The notes beneath the pieces were generated by a model, which was given only the letters and a program-made list of their open reading frames with translations, was not told the origin of the DNA and did not search any database. Positions 28,379-38,045 of a stretch of 64,000 nucleotides of DNA are shown here, in pieces. Numbering within the stretch: position 1 is the first letter of the stretch; the number at the start of each line of letters is the position of its first letter. The position numbers were made by a program, and so were the translations under genes. Origin of the DNA: Minisyncoccales bacterium (GTDB lineage: Bacteria; Patescibacteriota; Minisyncoccia; Minisyncoccales; RBG-13-42-11); assembly GCA_049700655.1 (NCBI GenBank), contig JBNAUV010000001.1, positions 551 to 64,550 on the forward strand. Direction: 5' to 3'.

Positions 28379-29083
28379 ATGCTTAAAGAATTAATTGATA
28401 AGTTTTATTTAGAAAAACAAAGAAACAAAGAACAGCATCATTTTTATATTACTGATGTCGGCCGGTGTGGCCGGGCTTTATTTTTTAAATTCAAAAATGT
28501 GCCCCGCAAAGAAATGGAGGCTAATATTTTACGTTTATTTGATCACGGAGACTATATTCATCAATTAATTATGAAGCCGCTTTTAAGCATTAAAGAAATT
28601 CATGTGGTGGCCTCTGAAATAAATATTCCTCCTCAAGAATTAATTTCTGGTCGGGCTGATGCCATTATCAGCGACGGCAAGAACCTCTATGTTTTAGATA
28701 TTAAAAGTATGAATAGTATGATTTTTAATAAATTAACAGAGCCCAAAGAGGAAAATGTTAATCAACTTCAGTGTTATCTTCATTATTTTAAAATTCCCCG
28801 CGGCATTTTGCTTTACGTCAATAAAGATACGCAAAAATTAAAAGAATTTATTGTCGAATATGATAGAAAACGCGTTTTGGCTTTATTAGATAATTTACAA
28901 GAAATTAAACAAAAAATTGATCAAAATATGATTCCCATTCGTTTGGCTGATTATCCAGAAAATTGGCAGTGCCGTTATTGCCAATTTAGCGAGATTTGTC
29001 AGTTGGCTGGAGCCAATGAAATGAATTGGTTAGATTTTAAAAAGAAAATTAAATTAAAAGAGGGGAGCGTCGGAGATAAATAA
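28379..29083 (+). CDS. Solo Cas4-like PD-(D/E)XK nuclease with predicted 4-Cys Fe-S staple
   Basis: N-terminal C (GRCGR), G..IH, E..I, GRAD, LDIKS, QLQCY, CRYCQFSEIC. Confidence 0.82.
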   Translation: MLKELIDKFYLEKQRNKEQHHFYITDVGRCGRALFFKFKNVPRKEMEANILRLFDHGDYIHQLIMKPLLSIKEIHVVASEINIPPQELISGRADAIISDGKNLYVLDIKSMNSMIFNKLTEPKEENVNQLQCYLHYFKIPRGILLYVNKDTQKLKEFIVEYDRKRVLALLDNLQEIKQKIDQNMIPIRLADYPENWQCRYCQFSEICQLAGANEMNWLDFKKKIKLKEGSVGDK

Positions 29084-30334
29084 AGTTTCTTTTGTCCAAA
29101 GATAAATTTTTTTATTATCGGGATTCCAAAATATTTTTGTTTCGCTTCCAGTAAAAGGAAGTTTTTTTATTTCAAAAAGATCAATAAGATTAAATTTATC
29201 TCGTTCATCTATTTCAATAATTTTAATTTGATCGCCAGCCATAAAAGTTAGATAATAATCATTGAGCCAATAAACATCAGTAATTTTATTTATCAGGCGA
29301 GCAAGAAACAGTTTTTCTCCCTTAGTTTTTTTTATTGGTTCAGTTAATTCATCTAAAAATAAAAGCCAAAGTTCATTATTAGATGCCAAAAGCAATTTTT
29401 TATTATCAGGCGAGACTTTTAAAAAATTAATATCTGAAGCAACACTTTCAAATTTTTTCAGTTCATTATTAAACTTAAATAAATGACCGCTTTGTTTTAA
29501 AAAAATAGAATCGGAGAAAACTTGTAATTCAACCGATGAGGTTTCTGTTTCTATGGGGAAGGGCGTTAAATTAAGTTTCTGTTTGTTTTTAAACAAATAA
29601 CCAAGTTTATCTAAATAATATTCATCATTATTAACTGATTGATAAGCAATGGCGTTTTCTGGTTGGGTTTTTTGTGCAGGGATAATTTCTGAAATAATTG
29701 GTGGAGGAGTATCAATCTTTTCTAGGGAAAAGTGTTTAATTTTATCTTTAACCTTAATAGTTAAATAAATTTTTTGTTCATTTTCTGAAAATTCTAAATT
29801 AACCAAATCAGCTCCTTGGCTAGAAAGATCGCCTTCTTTAACCAGAAGGCTTTTTGTTTTTTTATCTAAGAGCTTTAATGACCAGCCAGTTTCATCGATT
29901 TGTTTGATCAGTAAGTATTTCTGGGAGGGAGAGAACCAAACGCCATTAACTGGTTCGGCTAAAATTTGAAAATTAATATCTTCAGGAAATAAAATTATAT
30001 TTTTTGCTTCCGTGACTTTTTCTTTTTCTATCTTTAAAGTTTTTTCCCAAGAATGATAACCCTCTTTTTTAATTTCAATATTATATTCTTTGGGTAATAA
30101 ATTTTTGATTAAAACAGAACCAAAAAAGAAATCGGTTTTTTGCCATAATTTTTTATTTAAATAGACATCAACTCGTTTTGGTACAACCCTTAAAAAAAGC
30201 CCGCCCGTTTGAGTCAATTTTTTATTCTGAAAATCAAAACGATAACCCTGCGAATATAAGATTAAGACCGGAGTGATTAAAACAAATAGAAAAAAACAAG
30301 TTAAAAAGATAAGGCGGCGAGTTTTTTTAGTCAT
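29054..30334 (-). CDS. Membrane-anchored PEGA-domain protein with probable beta-propeller-like C-terminus
   Basis: TM helix, YSQGYRFD..TGG, IKKEGYHSWEK, FSPS/VSPD repeats. Confidence 0.7.
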   Translation of the reverse strand: MTKKTRRLIFLTCFFLFVLITPVLILYSQGYRFDFQNKKLTQTGGLFLRVVPKRVDVYLNKKLWQKTDFFFGSVLIKNLLPKEYNIEIKKEGYHSWEKTLKIEKEKVTEAKNIILFPEDINFQILAEPVNGVWFSPSQKYLLIKQIDETGWSLKLLDKKTKSLLVKEGDLSSQGADLVNLEFSENEQKIYLTIKVKDKIKHFSLEKIDTPPPIISEIIPAQKTQPENAIAYQSVNNDEYYLDKLGYLFKNKQKLNLTPFPIETETSSVELQVFSDSIFLKQSGHLFKFNNELKKFESVASDINFLKVSPDNKKLLLASNNELWLLFLDELTEPIKKTKGEKLFLARLINKITDVYWLNDYYLTFMAGDQIKIIEIDERDKFNLIDLFEIKKLPFTGSETKIFWNPDNKKIYLWTKETLFISDAPLF

Positions 30335-30395
30335 AAAATTATTTTACCCCAATCTATTTATTTGACAAGATATTATTAATTTAGCCTTCGGGTTA

Positions 30396-30424
30396 TTGCC
30401 AAATTTTTTAATTTAATCTATAAT
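30396..30424 (+). promoter_or_regulatory. Putative promoter for the mreB-holB-frr operon
   Basis: TTGCCA-17-TATAAT. Confidence 0.55.
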
Positions 30425-30450
30425 TAACCATTAATAACCAGAGATAAACT

Positions 30451-31449
30451 ATGAAAAAAATTGGCATTGATTTAGGCACAGTTAATTCTTTAGTCTTTGT
30501 TCCAAGCAAGGGTATTGTGTTACAAGAACCATCAGTGGTGGCTGTGGCCTTGGCTGAAAATAAAATTTTGGCTGTCGGAGAAAAAGCCAAAGAAATGATT
30601 GGTCGTACACCAGAGACCATTCGGGTTTATCGACCATTGAAAGACGGCGTGATTGCTGATTTTCGAGTTGCTCAAGCCATGTTGAAATATTTTATTGATC
30701 AGGCCTGCGGCTTTTGGCGGTTTTTAAAACCAGAATTAATAATTGGTGTTTCATCTGGTATTACTTCGACCGAAAGAAGGGCAGTAATTGAGGCGGCTCT
30801 TAAAGCCGGAGCAAAACAAGTTTATTTGGTCAAAGAACCAATCTTGGCCGCGATTGGCGCGGGCATTCCTATTAATTCTTGTGTTGGTCATATGGTCGTT
30901 GATATTGGCGGCGGTACCTCTGAAATAGCTGTTATTTCCTTAGGCGGAATAGTTTCTTGCAACTCGGTGCGAGTGGGTGGTGATAAAATAGATGTAGCTA
31001 TTTCCGATTATATTAAAAAGAAATATAATTTAGTCATTGGCGAACAGATGGCCGAGAAGATAAAAATAAGAATTGGCAGTGCTTTATATGAGAAAGAAGA
31101 AAGGCAAATGGCTGTCCGGGGTCGAGATTTAATTTCTGGTTTGCCACGCACTGTTAAAATTTCTTCCAATGAAACAGTCGAGGCCATAAGTGATGTTTTA
31201 AAAGAAATTATTCAGACGATTAAATCGGTTTTAAGAAATACGCCGCCCGAATTATCAGCCGATGTGATTAATAAAGGAATAGTTCTTTGCGGCGGTGGCG
31301 CCCTATTAAGAAATATTGTTGAAAGAATTTCTCAAGAGACCGGTGTAATTTGTTCTTTGGCAGAAGAACCACTTCTTTGTGTTGCCAAAGGAACGGGGGT
31401 GGTTTTAGAGAATTTAAAGGCGTATAAAAAGAGTATTTTGAGTAAATAA
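30451..31449 (+). CDS. mreB: Rod shape-determining protein MreB (paralog 1)
   Basis: IGIDLGT, EPSVVA, RPLKDGVIADF, DIGGGTSE, GGGALL. Confidence 0.95.
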   Translation: MKKIGIDLGTVNSLVFVPSKGIVLQEPSVVAVALAENKILAVGEKAKEMIGRTPETIRVYRPLKDGVIADFRVAQAMLKYFIDQACGFWRFLKPELIIGVSSGITSTERRAVIEAALKAGAKQVYLVKEPILAAIGAGIPINSCVGHMVVDIGGGTSEIAVISLGGIVSCNSVRVGGDKIDVAISDYIKKKYNLVIGEQMAEKIKIRIGSALYEKEERQMAVRGRDLISGLPRTVKISSNETVEAISDVLKEIIQTIKSVLRNTPPELSADVINKGIVLCGGGALLRNIVERISQETGVICSLAEEPLLCVAKGTGVVLENLKAYKKSILSK

Positions 31450-31463
31450 ATAATTTCCGCTTT

Positions 31464-32351
31464 ATGCTAATTGGCCATCAGCAACAATGGCAATTTTTAA
31501 AAAAAAGTATTGAAACAAAAAAAATTTCTCATGCCTATTTATTTATCGGACAAGAAAAATTAGGCAAGAAGACATTAGCTAAATCTTGGGCCTCTTTGTT
31601 ATTGGGAGCAAAAGATAAAGATAATTATGCTTTGTCTAATTTAATTTTATTAGAGCCAGCTAATCAAGAGATAAAAATTGCTCAAATCAGAGATTTAATT
31701 TGGCAACTTTCTTTAAAGCCTTTAGAACAATCAAAAAGGGTGGCAATAATTGACAACGCTCATTTAATGAATCAAGAAGCACAAACTTGTCTTTTAAAAA
31801 CTTTGGAAGAGCCAAAAGGAAATTCTGTTTTGATTTTAATTACTGATAAACCAGTCAGTTTGTTGCCAACCATTCTTTCACGAGTACAAATTATTAAATT
31901 TAAGCCGATTAAAAAGGAAGAAATCAAAAAATATCTTTTAACTCAAGGTTTAAACGAAAAAGAGGCAGAGGAAATTTCTCAGATTTCTTTGGGTCGGCCC
32001 GGTCGGGCGATTGATTTTTTACTTAATAAACAAAGAAGAGCAGATTTTTATCAAAAAATAAAAGAGATAAATAATCTTATAGACGCTCCTTTGGTTAATC
32101 GTTTTCAATATGTTAAGAAACTTATTCAAGAAGAAACAGAGGTGTTAAATATTTTGGATATTTGGTTAAATTATTTTCGAGCAAAGTTAATTTGTCAGAC
32201 AAGTAATGGAAAAAATCAAACCGATTTTAACCAAATTTCTCTGAAGAAATTAAAAAAATTATTAGAAAAAATTCAGGAGACAAAAATTTTAATTTCTACT
32301 ACCAACATTAATTCTCAATTGGCGCTTGAGAATTTAATGTTGGAATTTTAA
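31464..32351 (+). CDS. holB: DNA polymerase III delta' subunit (no zinc module)
   Basis: HAYLFIG, IKIAQIR, LLKTLEEP, LLPTILSR. Confidence 0.88.
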   Translation: MLIGHQQQWQFLKKSIETKKISHAYLFIGQEKLGKKTLAKSWASLLLGAKDKDNYALSNLILLEPANQEIKIAQIRDLIWQLSLKPLEQSKRVAIIDNAHLMNQEAQTCLLKTLEEPKGNSVLILITDKPVSLLPTILSRVQIIKFKPIKKEEIKKYLLTQGLNEKEAEEISQISLGRPGRAIDFLLNKQRRADFYQKIKEINNLIDAPLVNRFQYVKKLIQEETEVLNILDIWLNYFRAKLICQTSNGKNQTDFNQISLKKLKKLLEKIQETKILISTTNINSQLALENLMLEF

Positions 32352-32363
32352 TTTTTAAAAATT

Positions 32364-32924
32364 ATGGAGGACTATCAATTAATAATTAAAAAGATTCAAC
32401 CAGAATTAGATAAGGCGATTAATTTTTTAGAAAAAGAACTAATTAAAATTAGAACCGGTCGAGCCACGCCAGCCTTAGTCGAGGATATTATTGTTGAATG
32501 TTTTGGTCAAAAATTCGTTCTTAAACAATTGGCCGCTATTTTTGCGCCCGAAGCCAAACAGCTTTTAATTCAACCTTGGGATAAATCTTATCTGGGAGAT
32601 ATTATTCGGGCCTTAGAAAAAACAGATTTGGGCGTAGCGCCGATTGTTGATAAAGAGGTTATAAGAATTAATTTGCCCGCCTTAAGCGAGGATTATCGTA
32701 AAAATTTGGCCAAATTAATTACTGAAAAAAGCGAATTGGCGCGAGAAACAATAAGAAAATGGCGGGAGAGCGCTTGGAAGGAAATTCAAGAAAAAACAAG
32801 GCAGGGCGAAATTAGAGAAGATGATAAATTTCGAGCCAAAGACGACTTACAGAAATTAGTTGATGAATATAATAAAAAAATTGAGCAAATAGTAGAAAAA
32901 AAGAAAAAAGAAATAGAAATATAA
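32364..32924 (+). CDS. frr: Ribosome recycling factor
   Basis: IRTGRATP, IQPWD, LPAL, EDD, KKKEI. Confidence 0.96.
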   Translation: MEDYQLIIKKIQPELDKAINFLEKELIKIRTGRATPALVEDIIVECFGQKFVLKQLAAIFAPEAKQLLIQPWDKSYLGDIIRALEKTDLGVAPIVDKEVIRINLPALSEDYRKNLAKLITEKSELARETIRKWRESAWKEIQEKTRQGEIREDDKFRAKDDLQKLVDEYNKKIEQIVEKKKKEIEI

Positions 32925-32928
32925 ATTT

Positions 32929-34020
32929 ATGTTTTTTACTATTTTGATTGCTGTTTTAAGCCTTATTGGTTTATTTATTATTCATGAGTTGGGTCATTTT
33001 TTAATGGCTAAAAAATTAGGTGTCAGGGTTGAGGAATTTGGTATTTTTTTTCCGCCGCGGTTGATTGGCAAAAAAATAGGCGGGACAATTTATTCATTAA
33101 ATTTAATTCCCTTTGGCGCTTTTGTTCGAATTTATGGCGAAGAAGAAAAAGCTGTCAGCCCGGAGAGTTTTAGTTCTCGGCCAATTTGGCAAAGGTTTTT
33201 AATTGTTTTGGCTGGCGTTCTTTCCTTCTGGTTAGTGGCGATTATTTTATTAAGTATTGTCTTTCATTTGGGCACTGCCCAGATAATCAGCGATGAGGAA
33301 AATGGTTTTTTGACAAATCCGCAAGTGCAAATTATTTCCGTAAGTTCAAATTCGCCAGCCAGCGCGGCCGGTTTAATGCCGGGAGATGTTATTCGTTATC
33401 TTGGGTTAAAAGATCAAACAGAGAAATTGGCAGTTACTAAGGTGAAGGAGGTTCAAGAATTCGTTAATCAACACCGGGGAGAAGAAGTTGTTTTAACAAT
33501 TGAAAGAAAAAAAGATCTTTTTGAAGTTATCTTAACGCCACGGGTTGAGCCGCCGGCTGATGAAGGCGCGCTGGGTGTGGGTTTAGTAAGAACAGCGGAA
33601 AAATCATATCCCATTTTTCAATCTTTTTACAAAGGAATTGTAGCCACTATTGCTTTAACTGGCGATATTATTTTGGCTTTGTTTAATGTTTTGATTAAAT
33701 TAATTAGTGGTCAAGGTTTGCCACAAGGCGCTCAGTTAGTGGGGCCAATTGGTATCGGCTCTTTGGTTGTTCAGGCTGTTCAAGTTGGTTTGAATTATTT
33801 TTTGCAATTTATTGCTCTGTTGTCTATTTATTTGGCTATTTTTAATTTATTACCCATTCCTGCTTTAGATGGCGGAAAATTATTGTTTCTTGGTATTGAG
33901 AAAATAAAAGGTCGGCCCATTAACCAAGGGCTGGAAAAGAAAATTACTGCCGCTTTTTTTATTCTGCTGATTATTTTAATGATTTGGGTTACAATTAAAG
34001 ATATTAGTCGTTTATTTTAA
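32929..34020 (+). CDS. rseP: RIP metalloprotease RseP with PDZ domain
   Basis: HELGH, EEFGI, SPA..AGL..GD, NLLPIPALDGG. Confidence 0.93.
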   Translation: MFFTILIAVLSLIGLFIIHELGHFLMAKKLGVRVEEFGIFFPPRLIGKKIGGTIYSLNLIPFGAFVRIYGEEEKAVSPESFSSRPIWQRFLIVLAGVLSFWLVAIILLSIVFHLGTAQIISDEENGFLTNPQVQIISVSSNSPASAAGLMPGDVIRYLGLKDQTEKLAVTKVKEVQEFVNQHRGEEVVLTIERKKDLFEVILTPRVEPPADEGALGVGLVRTAEKSYPIFQSFYKGIVATIALTGDIILALFNVLIKLISGQGLPQGAQLVGPIGIGSLVVQAVQVGLNYFLQFIALLSIYLAIFNLLPIPALDGGKLLFLGIEKIKGRPINQGLEKKITAAFFILLIILMIWVTIKDISRLF

Positions 34021-34021
34021 T

Positions 34022-35284
34022 ATGCGGCAATCACAACTTTTTACTAAAACATTAAGAAGAGCGCCCAAAGAAGAAGTGGCTGTTAATGCTCAGTTGTTAA
34101 TTCGAGCCGGCTATATTGATAAACTAATGACCGGTGTTTATAGTTACTTGCCTTTGGGGTTGAGAGTTTTAAAAAAAGTTGAAAACATTATTCGGGAAGA
34201 AATGAACAAAATAGGCGGCCAAGAAGTTTTTTTACCCGCTCTTCATCCTAAAGAAATTTGGCAGAAAACTAATCGTTGGCAATACGAAGAGATGTTTAAA
34301 GTAAAAAATCGCCAAAACAAAGAATTTAGTTTGGGCTGGACTCATGAAGAAGTGATTACTCCCTTGGTTAAGAAATTTTTAAATTCTTATCAAGATTTGC
34401 CATTAGCCATTTATCAAATCCAAGATAAATTCAGAGATGAATTAAGGGCTAAGGCTGGTTTGTTGCGCGGCGTGGAATTTATAATGAAAGATCTTTATTC
34501 TTTCCATCAGAATGAAAAAGATTTGGATAGCTATTATGAAAAAGTAAAAAAAGCTTATGGTCAAGTTTTTAAAAGATGTGGTTTGGGTAAACAAACTTAT
34601 TTAGTTTTAGCTTCAGGTGGCCCTTTTAGTAAATATTCTCATGAATTTCAAACTGAGACGCCGGCTGGCGAGGATACTATTTTTCTTTGCGAGAAATGTC
34701 GTTTAGGCATTAACAAAGAAATTGTTGAAGAAGAAAAATATCGTTGTCCGCAATGCGGCAATCAAAATTTAGTTACTAAAAAAACAATTGAAGTGGGTAA
34801 CATTTTTAAATTAAAAGATAAATTTAGTCGTCCCTTTAATCTCGTTTACAAAGATAGAGATGGTCAAGAGAAAGCGGTTTTAATGGGTTGTTATGGCATT
34901 GGTTTAGGCAGATTAATTGGGACAATTGTGGAAATTTATCATGATCAGCAGGGCATTGTTTGGCCAGCTGAGGTGGCGCCTTATCAGATCCATTTAATTC
35001 CTATTGGTTCTTCAAGAAAAATTAAAAAGATAACTGATAAACTATATTTAGATTTACAAAAAGAGAAAATTGAGGTATTATATGACGATCGGGAGAATAT
35101 AACTGCCGGAGAGAAGTTGGTTGAAGCTGATTTAATTGGTTTGCCTCTTCGTTTGGTGATTAGCGAAAAAACCTTAGAAAGGGATTGTTTTGAGGTTAAG
35201 TATCGGAATAAGATAAAAGCGAGCTTAATAAAATTAAAAGATTTAAAAAAGATAATAAATATAATATGTGGAAGAGGTTATTAA
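34022..35284 (+). CDS. proS: Proline--tRNA ligase without INS editing domain
   Basis: THEE, QIQDKFRDELR, FIMKDLYSF, IEVGNIF, MGCYGIG. Confidence 0.96.
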   Translation: MRQSQLFTKTLRRAPKEEVAVNAQLLIRAGYIDKLMTGVYSYLPLGLRVLKKVENIIREEMNKIGGQEVFLPALHPKEIWQKTNRWQYEEMFKVKNRQNKEFSLGWTHEEVITPLVKKFLNSYQDLPLAIYQIQDKFRDELRAKAGLLRGVEFIMKDLYSFHQNEKDLDSYYEKVKKAYGQVFKRCGLGKQTYLVLASGGPFSKYSHEFQTETPAGEDTIFLCEKCRLGINKEIVEEEKYRCPQCGNQNLVTKKTIEVGNIFKLKDKFSRPFNLVYKDRDGQEKAVLMGCYGIGLGRLIGTIVEIYHDQQGIVWPAEVAPYQIHLIPIGSSRKIKKITDKLYLDLQKEKIEVLYDDRENITAGEKLVEADLIGLPLRLVISEKTLERDCFEVKYRNKIKASLIKLKDLKKIINIICGRGY

Positions 35285-36318
35285 ATTTTATTACTGATGA
35301 TATTGCGATTGATTTGGGCACGGCTAATTCGCGTGTTTATATTAGAGAAGGTGGAATTATTATTAGCGAACCATCAGTGGTTGCTATTAATCAGAAAACT
35401 GGCCAGATTTTGGCTATTGGTGATGAGGCGAAGAAAATGGTTGGCCGCACGCCAGCCCATATTGTGGCCACTCGGCCGCTTATTTCTGGCGTGGTCTCCA
35501 ATTTTGAAGTGACAGAACAGATGTTAAAATATTTTATAGAAAAAGTTAGACCAAAAAGATTTTTATTAAATCCCAGGCCGCGCGTAATTATTGGCGTGCC
35601 TTGCGGCATTACTCAGGTTGAAAGAAGGGCGGTTAGCGATGCGGCCAAAAATGCTGGCGCGCGTGAAGTTTTTATTATTGAAGAACCATTAGCTGCTGCT
35701 TTGGGAGCTCGTTTGCCCATTCAGGAGGCGAAAGGCAATTTTATTGTTGATATTGGCGGCGGGACCACTGATATTGCTGTAATTTCTTTAGGCGGAATTG
35801 TTATTTCTAAAACATTAAAAGTGGCTGGCGATAAATTAAACCAAGATATTATTCAATTTGCCCAAGATGAATATAGATTATTAATTGGCGAAAGAACTGC
35901 TGAAATGATAAAAATTGGCATTGGTTCAGCCTTTCCTTTAAAAGAAAAGAAACAATTGCCCATGCGCGGCAGAAATTTGGTAACTGGTTTACCAGAAGAA
36001 ATTATAGTTTCTGATGAGGATATTCGGCGGGCTCTAGAAAAATCATTAAAACAAATTGTGGCTGAAATTAAGATAGCCCTAGAAGAAACCCCGCCAGAGT
36101 TGTTGGCTGATATTATGATTAATGGTATTCAATTGGCTGGCGGCAGTTCTCTTTTAAAAGGGCTACCCAATTTAATTCAAAAAGAAACAAAAATTCCCAC
36201 TAAAATTATTGAAGATCCAGCAACTGCTGTAGTTAGAGGAGCTGGGTTGGTTTTAGAGGATCTTGATAGTTTACACGAGGTTTTATTAGAGATTGAAGAA
36301 TTAGAGCCGCCCAAATAA
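35266..36318 (+). CDS. mreB: Rod shape-determining protein MreB (paralog 2)
   Basis: IAIDLGTAN, EPSVVA, EEPLAAA, DIGGGTTD, AGGSSLL. Confidence 0.95.
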   Translation: MWKRLLNFITDDIAIDLGTANSRVYIREGGIIISEPSVVAINQKTGQILAIGDEAKKMVGRTPAHIVATRPLISGVVSNFEVTEQMLKYFIEKVRPKRFLLNPRPRVIIGVPCGITQVERRAVSDAAKNAGAREVFIIEEPLAAALGARLPIQEAKGNFIVDIGGGTTDIAVISLGGIVISKTLKVAGDKLNQDIIQFAQDEYRLLIGERTAEMIKIGIGSAFPLKEKKQLPMRGRNLVTGLPEEIIVSDEDIRRALEKSLKQIVAEIKIALEETPPELLADIMINGIQLAGGSSLLKGLPNLIQKETKIPTKIIEDPATAVVRGAGLVLEDLDSLHEVLLEIEELEPPK

Positions 36319-36335
36319 ACCTAATTATAAATTTT

Positions 36336-36620
36336 ATGATTAAAAAAGAAGAAGTACAACGTATTGCTCAGTTGGCCCGCTTGGGTTTAACAGAAGCAGA
36401 AATAAAAAAATACCAGAAAGAATTAACAGCCATTTTGGATTATTTTAATAAGTTAAAAGAAGTTGTTATCCCGCCTGGCGAATCTTTACGAAGCGTGATT
36501 AAAAATACCAATGTAATGAGAGATGATTTAGCGGTTAAATTTGAAAATTTGGCTGAACAATTATTAAAATTGGCGCCAGCTAAAAAAAATAATTATTTGA
36601 GGGTTAAATCAGTTTTTTAA
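36336..36620 (+). CDS. gatC: Asp/Glu-tRNA amidotransferase subunit C
   Basis: IAQLARL, NVMRDD, AP; directly before gatA. Confidence 0.92.
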   Translation: MIKKEEVQRIAQLARLGLTEAEIKKYQKELTAILDYFNKLKEVVIPPGESLRSVIKNTNVMRDDLAVKFENLAEQLLKLAPAKKNNYLRVKSVF

Positions 36621-38045
36621 ATGAATTTTAATAGTTTAACCATTACTCAAGTTCATCAAGGGTTAAAAGAAAGAAAATTTTCCGCCATTGACCTTGTTCG
36701 GTTTTTTTTGAATAAAATTAAAAAAGAAAATAAAAGAATCTTTGCTTATATATCAATTGACGAAGAAAAAGCATTATGCCAAGCTAAAAAAATTGACCAA
36801 TTAATTGCTAAAAAAAAAGAATTTCCCGTTTTGACCGGCGTACCAGTTGCGGTAAAGGATAATATTTTGGTTAAAGATATTAAATGCACGGCTGGTTCGA
36901 AAATTTTAGAAAATTATTTAGCGCCATATGACGCAACAGTAGTTAAAAAACTAAAAGAACAAAACGCTATTATTTTAGGAAAAACGAACTTAGATGAATT
37001 TGCCATGGGTTCATCTACAGAAAATTCTGCTTTTGGCCCGACCCGCAATCCCATTGATTTGGACCGGGTGCCAGGTGGTTCATCAGGAGGTTCAGCTGCA
37101 GCTGTGGCTGCTGATTTGGCAGTGGCTGCCTTGGGATCAGACACTGGCGGTTCAATTCGTTTGCCCGCTTCTTTTTGCGGCGTGGTCGGATTAAAACCAA
37201 CTTATGGCGCGGTTTCCCGTTATGGTTTAATTGCTTTTGCTTCTTCTTTGGACCAAATTGGTCCTTTTGGTAAAAACGTAATTGATGCGGAGATTCTTTT
37301 TGAGGCAATTAAGGGCAAAGACGAATTAGATTCAACTTCAGTTGAGTTAACTAACAGAAAAAAAGAAAAAATTGATTTAAAAAAGATAAAGATTGGTCTG
37401 CCTAAAGAATATTTTATTGAGGGTATTGATCCGGCTGTCGCAAGAGTAATTGAAAATGTTATAAAAGAATATGGGGCAAGGGGAGTAGAATTTAAAGAAG
37501 TAAGCCTGCCTCATACTAAATATGCTTTAGCCTGTTATTATTTAATTGCTCCGGCTGAGGCATCGGCTAACTTGGCTCGCTATGATGGGGTTAAGTATGG
37601 TTTTTCAACATTTAACCAGAAACAAATTAACAATCTTTTAGATGTTTATTTAAGTAGCCGCGATAAAGGTTTTGGCGCTGAAGTTAAACGAAGAATTATG
37701 TTGGGGACCTATGTTTTGTCAGCTGGTTATTATGAGGCATATTATTTAAAAGCCCAGCAGGTGAGAGCGCAAATTATTAAAGATTTTGAGAAAGTATTTC
37801 AAGAAGTAACAGCCTTGTTTGCGCCAGTTAGTCCGTTTTTACCTTTTAAAATTGGCGAAAAAATTGATCAACCCTTATCAATGTATTTGGTTGATATTTA
37901 TACTGTTTCAGTTAATTTGGCTGGTTTGCCCGCCCTTTCTTTACCCGTGGGCTATGCTAATAATTTGCCAGTTGGCTTACAAATTATTGGTCAACCATTT
38001 GAAGAAAATAAAATTTTAGAAATCGCCAGACTATATGAACATTAA
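36621..38045 (+). CDS. gatA: Asp/Glu-tRNA amidotransferase subunit A
   Basis: KDN, GKTNLDEFAMGSSTE, PGGSSGGS, GSDTGGSIR. Confidence 0.98.
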   Translation: MNFNSLTITQVHQGLKERKFSAIDLVRFFLNKIKKENKRIFAYISIDEEKALCQAKKIDQLIAKKKEFPVLTGVPVAVKDNILVKDIKCTAGSKILENYLAPYDATVVKKLKEQNAIILGKTNLDEFAMGSSTENSAFGPTRNPIDLDRVPGGSSGGSAAAVAADLAVAALGSDTGGSIRLPASFCGVVGLKPTYGAVSRYGLIAFASSLDQIGPFGKNVIDAEILFEAIKGKDELDSTSVELTNRKKEKIDLKKIKIGLPKEYFIEGIDPAVARVIENVIKEYGARGVEFKEVSLPHTKYALACYYLIAPAEASANLARYDGVKYGFSTFNQKQINNLLDVYLSSRDKGFGAEVKRRIMLGTYVLSAGYYEAYYLKAQQVRAQIIKDFEKVFQEVTALFAPVSPFLPFKIGEKIDQPLSMYLVDIYTVSVNLAGLPALSLPVGYANNLPVGLQIIGQPFEENKILEIARLYEH

